A DNA stretch of 60,794 nucleotides, counting the filler, from Platydemus manokwari (lineage: Eukaryota): NCBI GenBank assembly GCA_037951405.1. It is 5 parts of 5 records of this genome, joined end to end, with 100 filler letters (N's around TTAATTAATTAA, not from the genome) between each part and the next. Parts side by side here need not be neighbours in the genome. Positions count along the whole stretch, not along the records: positions 51,075 to 60,794 come from JBBMOY011213433.1; 4 more parts are not named here. One strand, given 5' to 3'. Positions within the stretch are counted from its first letter, which is position 1; the number at the start of each line of letters is the position of its first letter. Positions 54,559 to 60,794 of this stretch are shown here, piece after piece. The notes under the pieces were generated by a model that searched no databases, was not told where the DNA came from, and saw nothing but the letters and a program-made list of their open reading frames with translations. The position numbers and the translations under genes are program-made.

Positions 54559-55944
54559 TTTTTGCAATCGTTGAAGATTATTTTCAATTTGTAATTATAC
54601 CCATAATGACATTGATTTCTTTGTCTTAAAGAATGGAAAAAGTATTTTTATTGATTTGATCGGACAAAAAATGCAGGAATTAAATTTTGATTTTCTTTTG
54701 TTATTGGAAACATGACTGGTAAAGATGATTTTTAGAAATGTTGTTCACAAACTTATTTTTTTATTTATATGTGCAAAAATTGACAGGTTTTTTTGTAAAT
54801 GATTATTATTATTATTTTTGAAATAATATTATAATAAGTGTGACACATTTTTATAAAATCTGTTCCAATGTTACCTCGTGATTCATAATGATTTCATTAC
54901 CATTGTCTCTCTCGATCTGTTTCTCTGTCTATCTATAGATGATTATATCGCACTTTACCATTTGTTATGTCGAATTTACTCTGTATAAATTGTGGAACAA
55001 TTTGTTATAACAAGTTGAAATAAAAACTTTATAAATCTGTTTTGCGATTTGGTGTGTGTGTGTGGTTGCGGAAGTGTGAGTGATTTAATGGGTGTTTTAT
55101 TGTATTTGATTTGCAGATTTGATATTTAGAATTTATTTATTATTTGTCATTTTATTGATTTATTACACAATTATATTGGCACTGCAACTAAGTGTGATAT
55201 AAAAACTAATAATATCCATTTATGTATGGTTTTTGTAATTATTGATCATTTAAGATTGTTATGCAATTGTAAAGATTACATTTTCAACGTTTTGTAAATC
55301 ATGTTTCAGTTCAGGCCTCGTCATTGCGCCTCGGATCAAAGAAAAAGAGGGCAGAAGAAAATTTTCTGGACACCAATCAACTAGCGATAAATAAAAATAA
55401 TACAAAACCATGACATACATTAAATATTGAGGTATTATTGTTGCCATGGTAGAGCTCAGAATGTCCTCCAAACTTCTACAAGAGCAGTGACAGGTGGATT
55501 GGAATTTGAGCTGTCATTCTGATTGATGATTCCAACTCAGCGAAATTTAATATAAAATTTTTGATAACAATTATATATAATCAATAAATTAATTATACAT
55601 AAAGAACATAAAAAATTTGCACAACAAAATTTTAATTTTTTATATTTTTATTGGCACCAAATTAGTATTTACTAAACAACTATTTTATTTAATTATAATT
55701 ATTAATAATAATTTGTTTGGTAATAAATATAATTTTTTCAAAAAAACATTATTTTATTTATTTTTATTTGAACATTTATAAATATCAAATTGTTATTTTA
55801 ATTAATGATAATTATCACATATTGATAACATTCAGAATATTAATAAGTAAGAATAGTATTAAGTAAAGAATTCTAATCAGAATTTTACATAAGTAAAAAA
55901 TTATCGATAAAAATTAATATATAAACGTCATAGTTTTCTAATGA

Positions 55945-56770
55945 TGTGGACATATTCCACAGGAGACCATATAAAAACTTTCCCAACAATTATATTCTGA
56001 ATTTATTAAATACATTTTCTTCCAACAGACATATTTTAGACAATTGTTTTAACCGGACTTTTAATGAGAATTTTTCAATCAATCAATTCCTGGACGTAGC
56101 CAGGAGAAATGCGATAATAGTTTCAATCGCAAGAGAGAATCTATGTTATAAGTCGTGATTTATCACGGCTAAACAATTGACCATTGTCTTAAATAGATAT
56201 TTGTTTTTATGTCCACAAGAAATAGTCAAAAATATGTTTTTGGAAGAAAATGTAATCAGCCGGGCTTGTTAGTCGACGAATTGCTTCCCTGAATGGTTGT
56301 ACAGAATTCCACAGAATCAAAAATTTTTCGCTGTGTAAAAGTATTGAATTTATATTCTTTAATTGTAATAAATATTTGGTGTCTTGACGTCTCAGATAAC
56401 TTAAATGCGTGCTTTATAAAATACTAGGGGCTAACAATGTTAAAACGAGTTTTGTTGTTCATTTAGTAGTGATCCTATAAGGATCACAAATCCATTAATA
56501 AAATAATCATTGTTATTTGTCACTTTGTGGAAGTATTTTTGAATAAATTTGAATTAAAAAGATTGATAAAATCATTAAAGTCATAGTTGAAATAATAAGA
56601 AAGGCATTAATAGGATTTAAGATAATAAAACTGTTATCTCCATATAAGTCGTGAACATCGAGGCGAAGGAAAGAACAATTAATTGAGGTCTAATTATTAC
56701 CTGAGGATCAAACGGACTGGATATACTGATCCAGCCTTATATAGTGATTATCAAAATAATCAGTGATTAT
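55945..56770 (+). repeat. LTR-like dispersed repeat related to 51230-51990
   Basis: Shares AAAAC(AC)GAGTTT(T)GTT.TT.ATTTAGTAG and CGAGGCGAAG...TACCT.AGG...AGTGAT.ATCAA.AATAAT blocks with 51730-51990; a similar GAGGCGAA...TTACCTG block is near 3090. Confidence 0.45.
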
Positions 56771-57691
56771 AAAATCAATAAACCAAAGACCCCAAATAGT
56801 AACGTAACGTCGAAATTTAATAATAATGTGAAATTTTTGTAGTTTTTAACAGTAGCAATTAGAAATAGGCCTAAATACGTAATTTAAATTAAGAAAAAAA
56901 GGGATGAGAATTTAGTCATTTTAAAAAGACTAAGAAATAGTTACACTTTAATTAAGTAAAAACTCAAGGACGGTAACCAAAACACTAATTTTGAGACGAT
57001 TAAGAATAAGCAAGACAACTAATACGAAAACAAGATTTCTTGTTTCAAAGCGATTTTCCGTGGATTGTATTATTAAATGAGTTGAATAAATGATAGTGCA
57101 AATTCCAAACAATTTATCAGTTCATTAATATTGGAGATTATCGTTAAATATTTATTAAACAATCACCAAGATTGATTGCAATAAGCTGTTTGTCTGATTC
57201 AAGATTTTCACTTTCGACGAAGAGCTACGTTGTTTGGATTAACTGACATAGGCAATTGAGTGATGAAAATTGAACGTTGTTTATAATTATATAACTGCTA
57301 AACTTGTCTTTTGGTAACTTACAATTGATTCTGTGTTCTCTATTATTTGGCATAGGAACACTTACAGTAGTATCATGCTACATGGATAAATCAATCTTTT
57401 ATATAATCTTTTAGAATAATGATATAATAATAAATTAGTATAGATATCACAAAAATAAAAAATTAATTTATATTATGGCTTTTTTTGAAAAATAATTAAA
57501 CATATCAGAACTACATTTCATAGAAATTTTTAATATTAAAATTTGTGCACACCACTTTTAACAGCGAATTAGTATTTATTTTAAATTTCACTCATTATTC
57601 GTTATTTAGTTAAAAATGAAATAAATTACTGGTTAAACATACACAATAAACGTCAGTTTATCTTATGTTGACATTAGTAAAACCATCTATT

Positions 57692-57785
57692 GGGTCAAAG
57701 GTAAACCTCAATTTATACGTTAAACCAATCAATATCGTTCTTCACCAATCAATATTTTCGTACTACTGCTTACCGTTTATATAAA
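57692..57785 (+). promoter_or_regulatory. Compact Pol II promoter of microprotein paralog A (DR1-like site, two CCAAT boxes, TATA)
   Basis: GGGTCAAAGGTAA (57692-57704), ACCAATCAATAT twice (57724 and 57744, 20 nt apart), and TATATAAA (57778-57785) 48 nt before the ATG. Confidence 0.55.
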
Positions 57786-57825
57786 CCAACATTTAGCATG
57801 AAATTTATTAATGCAGCCAGTTTAA

Positions 57826-58077
57826 ATGTTAGATAAAATTATTTTGGTATTTTTTCTCCTTAAAGGAGTTTATTCATTTACCTATGAAGATGGCCTGATA
57901 TATCCAGAAATCGTTAAATTTGACACTACCGATTTCAATGTGTTTACTCATCTATTCTCTGCTTTAGGTGTTTGTTATTCAATTCTCATAGCAATATTGA
58001 TTGGTGTAAATTTAACTTTCAAGCTGGTTGGGAAAAAACGCAAGAAAAGATCGCGAAGCATTGCCTATTACACATAA
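57826..58077 (+). CDS. Small type I membrane microprotein, paralog A (83 aa; signal peptide, short ectodomain, one TM helix, basic tail); family not recognised
   Basis: Intronless ORF MLDKIILVFFLLKGVYS-FTYEDGLIYPEIVKFDTTDFNVFTHLFSALGVCYSILIAILIGVNLTFKLVGKKRKKRSRSIAYYT. Homologous to the two downstream ORFs; TATA and CCAAT motifs upstream. Confidence 0.8.
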   Translation: MLDKIILVFFLLKGVYSFTYEDGLIYPEIVKFDTTDFNVFTHLFSALGVCYSILIAILIGVNLTFKLVGKKRKKRSRSIAYYT

Positions 58078-58342
58078 ATTTAGTAATCTTAGTTTTGTAT
58101 AAATTAATTTGCAATTAGAAATTATATTGTTATTGTTTGTGTTGTTTAATTTTTTTTCGAAATGCAATGAATTAATCGCTTTGGAAAGTAAATATCAATT
58201 TTAATGTCAACATTGGTTAAGATTGTGTGCTTGGTAAATATGATTCCAATAAATATAATCAACTCATTGAAGAGACATAATTAAATAAAAGATACTACGG
58301 CTTAAAAAATATTTTGACAACTTCTGTTCTGTCTTAACATCA

Positions 58343-58585
58343 ATGAATGCCATAATAGTTCTATTGTTGATAAATAGTCTATGTCTATTGCCATGCTGTA
58401 ATGGGATTACTTTAGATGAAGGTCTAGAAAATCCAGAAACATATATACGATTTGATGTTTCGGAAAACGTTATGGGATTGCATATATTTTATTCTTTATT
58501 AGTCTGTTATTTGATATTGATAGCCATGTGGATTTCCATTAATATCGTTCACAAAATTCGGGGACCCAGAAAACGGAGACGGTAA
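58343..58585 (+). CDS. Small type I membrane microprotein, paralog B (80 aa)
   Basis: MNAIIVLLLINSLCLLPCCNG-ITLDEGLENPETYIRFDVSENVMGLHIFYSLLVCYLILIAMWISINIVHKIRGPRKRRR; same T..PE..[FY]D-x8-H-x4-L-x2-CYxIL-x7-N pattern. Confidence 0.8.
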   Translation: MNAIIVLLLINSLCLLPCCNGITLDEGLENPETYIRFDVSENVMGLHIFYSLLVCYLILIAMWISINIVHKIRGPRKRRR

Positions 58586-59634
58586 AATTATGCAATACAT
58601 TGATATAGTATTTGCTTTGCAATTTGAATTTGGTTTAGCTTAATATTTAGCTTAGTTCACTGTATTGTAGGGTATTTTAAATTTGTTTTTCGTCAATTCT
58701 GAGACGAATTTAGACGTTAATAATTATATATTTTGATAAAGTGCTTTTTAGTCTTTATTTCAAGTCATTTTCATTATAAAAGTTCAGTATATTATTCAAC
58801 TTTGATATCGTTTATAATTTGGTCATTAGATGTATGTTAAAATTAAATTAAAATGAAAACTGTATTGTTAAATTAATTCATTTTAAATTGAAGTTGTTTT
58901 CTTAAAAGCTGTTGATTTAAATGAACATCCTGACTAATTTTAAAATGTCAGCTAAGCACTGTTTTATAAATATTGAAGTTAATTGACGGATAAGTTAAGC
59001 ATTGTTTTCTAAATTATTTTAATATAATTTGCAGTTTAATTTGTATCGACAAACAACCATATATAAACGATACCATTTTTAAAAGTTCTAAATTAAAGTA
59101 CATGTATCCAGGTAAAATGAAATTAAGTTAGTTGTTGATTCGTTCAGGTCATAAATCTAGCAGTGATTATCACATTCAACAGTAATTTTCTCACAATATT
59201 TTAACTTTAAATATTTTTGTTTTATCGAGTCTCATTTGATCATGGTTTCATAAATATCGAATGTACTTTCCAAAATAATAGAACGCGGTGGCTTGTATAC
59301 ATGTAAATCTCTGATCATTTTTTTAACAATATAATTTTATTATTTGAAATTCTTAAAAGTTAAATATTGAAATAAAATAATGATGTTATAAAAACTCAAT
59401 ACTAAAAAAACATTTATAAAAATAAATATTGTGAATCTCAAACTGGCTTAATCAATCACATATTACAATATCATATTTTATTCAAATTAAATTATTCAGA
59501 ATAAATAAATTTACCTTCCATTGTCGATTGGCGAATTCTTGATGATAAAGATAATTGATCTTGCAAATTTATTCACGAATACAAGGTGTATATATACATT
59601 AAGATCATTTGAATTCCAAAACAATTTTTTACCA

Positions 59635-59871
59635 ATGACAAAGCTTACTTGGATTTGTTTAATTTTTTTTATTCCTTTAACGCTAAGTATTACACTTCAA
59701 CAAGCTGAACAAGATCCAGAACGGTATATAAAATATGATCGAAACGTTTTCAAGATATGGTTTCATATAATCATTTCATTGGTGATTTGCTATTCGATTT
59801 TAGGATTTCTTTGGGTTATCATCAATTCTGTCGTTCGAATTCGTGAATACAAGAAAGTAACACCAAATTAA
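59635..59871 (+). CDS. Small type I membrane microprotein, paralog C (78 aa)
   Basis: Likely start is ATG 59635 (the ORF track uses an upstream TTG at 59521): MTKLTWICLIFFIPLTLS-ITLQQAEQDPERYIKYDRNVFKIWFHIIISLVICYSILGFLWVIINSVVRIREYKKVTPN. TATATATA at 59589-59596. Confidence 0.8.
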   Translation: MTKLTWICLIFFIPLTLSITLQQAEQDPERYIKYDRNVFKIWFHIIISLVICYSILGFLWVIINSVVRIREYKKVTPN

Positions 59872-60794
59872 TTGTTAAAATGATATTTTCTGAATGTTAT
59901 TTATTTACATTTGATTTATTCTTTTGATTCACATGTAATTTTGATTAGAATCGTATAATTAATCATTCTTATTGATTTTTAAAAATGTTTTTTTAATTTA
60001 ATTCAAATTTATTTGGATAGTTTATAAAATGGGAATCATAATTAAAGATTTTTAAAATTAATTTGAATTGAGAAGATCCTAAAATTCTGCAAAAAATATA
60101 AATTTTAATAATAATATTCTCTGTAAATCGGTGATTATTTATGTACATTTTCTTTTGAATTATCTAAAATTTGTGTAATACATCAAAGCTAGCTTGAATT
60201 ATAGATGAAATTAAAAATGTTATTAAAAATAAATAAAAATAATAATTCCATGGGTATCAAGTGATACACAAATAAGTGAAAGAAAATCAAAAAAGAAGAA
60301 ATGAAATATATTTAGAAGATAATAACTATAATTATTATTAATTAAGTATTTGAAAATTGAAGTTATTTATTTTAAAATAAAAAATTATTTAAAAAGAAAA
60401 ATGAATTTTATTCATCAAATGGTCGATTTCTTTTTATAAAATTCGTAACATTTAGAATATTTCAAGTCTTTTTAGTCAACTATTTGTTATATTAGTTCAT
60501 TCTTACTGTCGATTTGGAATCAACTCAATATTTCACAATAGACTCTATGTATACCTTAATATAAATTTTATGTTCGTGTTTGGGGTTGCCTTTGTTTATT
60601 TGTATTATCAGTCTCTATATTGATTTTATTGTGAATCAATGCCGACTTGATCAGTCTCTGTAAGCTCTGACCAACCCCTTAAGGTACACAAATTAAACCT
60701 TAACTTATAGTTTTTATTCTTCACCTCGCTATCTATACTATATGGAGATAGTATGATAGGCAGCAATGATCCAGTTAATATATTTATCAGTCTC

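Noticed and set aside
55440-55453. GTTGCCATGGTAGA X-box-like motif and ORF 55259-55471
   Set aside because: Two mismatches, no consistent exon chain nearby, not adjacent to a known ciliary gene.
57200-57245. FTFDEELRCLD* resembling the microprotein mature N-terminus (possible fourth copy)
   Set aside because: No signal peptide, PE, H or CYxIL motif; stops on both sides; probably chance.
59521-59634. N-terminal extension of paralog C in the ORF track (116 aa)
   Set aside because: Starts at TTG and spans the TATA box; the ATG at 59635 gives a signal peptide matching paralogs A and B.
1-60794. tRNA, rRNA, spliced-leader RNA, CRISPR arrays or prokaryotic operons
   Set aside because: No cloverleaf, rRNA-like, SL-exon or repeat-spacer pattern seen by eye; the DNA is intron-containing eukaryotic sequence. 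An Rfam/tRNAscan search would be needed to exclude small RNAs.

Overview
Very AT-rich eukaryotic (animal) genomic DNA with many 44-63 nt GT-AG introns; the style suggests a planarian/flatworm draft assembly (inference). The window is five contigs joined by artificial 100-nt N44-TTAATTAATTAA-N44 linkers, plus two plain N gaps. Genes reconstructed by hand from splice sites: (1) the last three exons of an ELKS/CAST/ERC active-zone gene (minus, 25371-26707); (2) a complete 7-exon cytosolic ALDH1-type aldehyde dehydrogenase (minus, 28584-31912, 489 aa); (3) a 16-exon DCX-EMAP/EML gene with two doublecortin domains, HELP and WD40 repeats (minus, 35423-46801, 3' end probably missing); (4) TMEM170 (plus, 53806-54558); (5) three tandem, intronless, mutually homologous genes for 78-83 aa signal-peptide + single-TM microproteins of a family I do not recognise (plus, 57826-59871), which is the best candidate for an undescribed system. 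The first ~24 kb and the intergenic DNA look mostly like transposon debris (solo LTRs, a Gypsy gag relic, hAT MITEs, an RLE-type non-LTR relic) and possible decayed genes.
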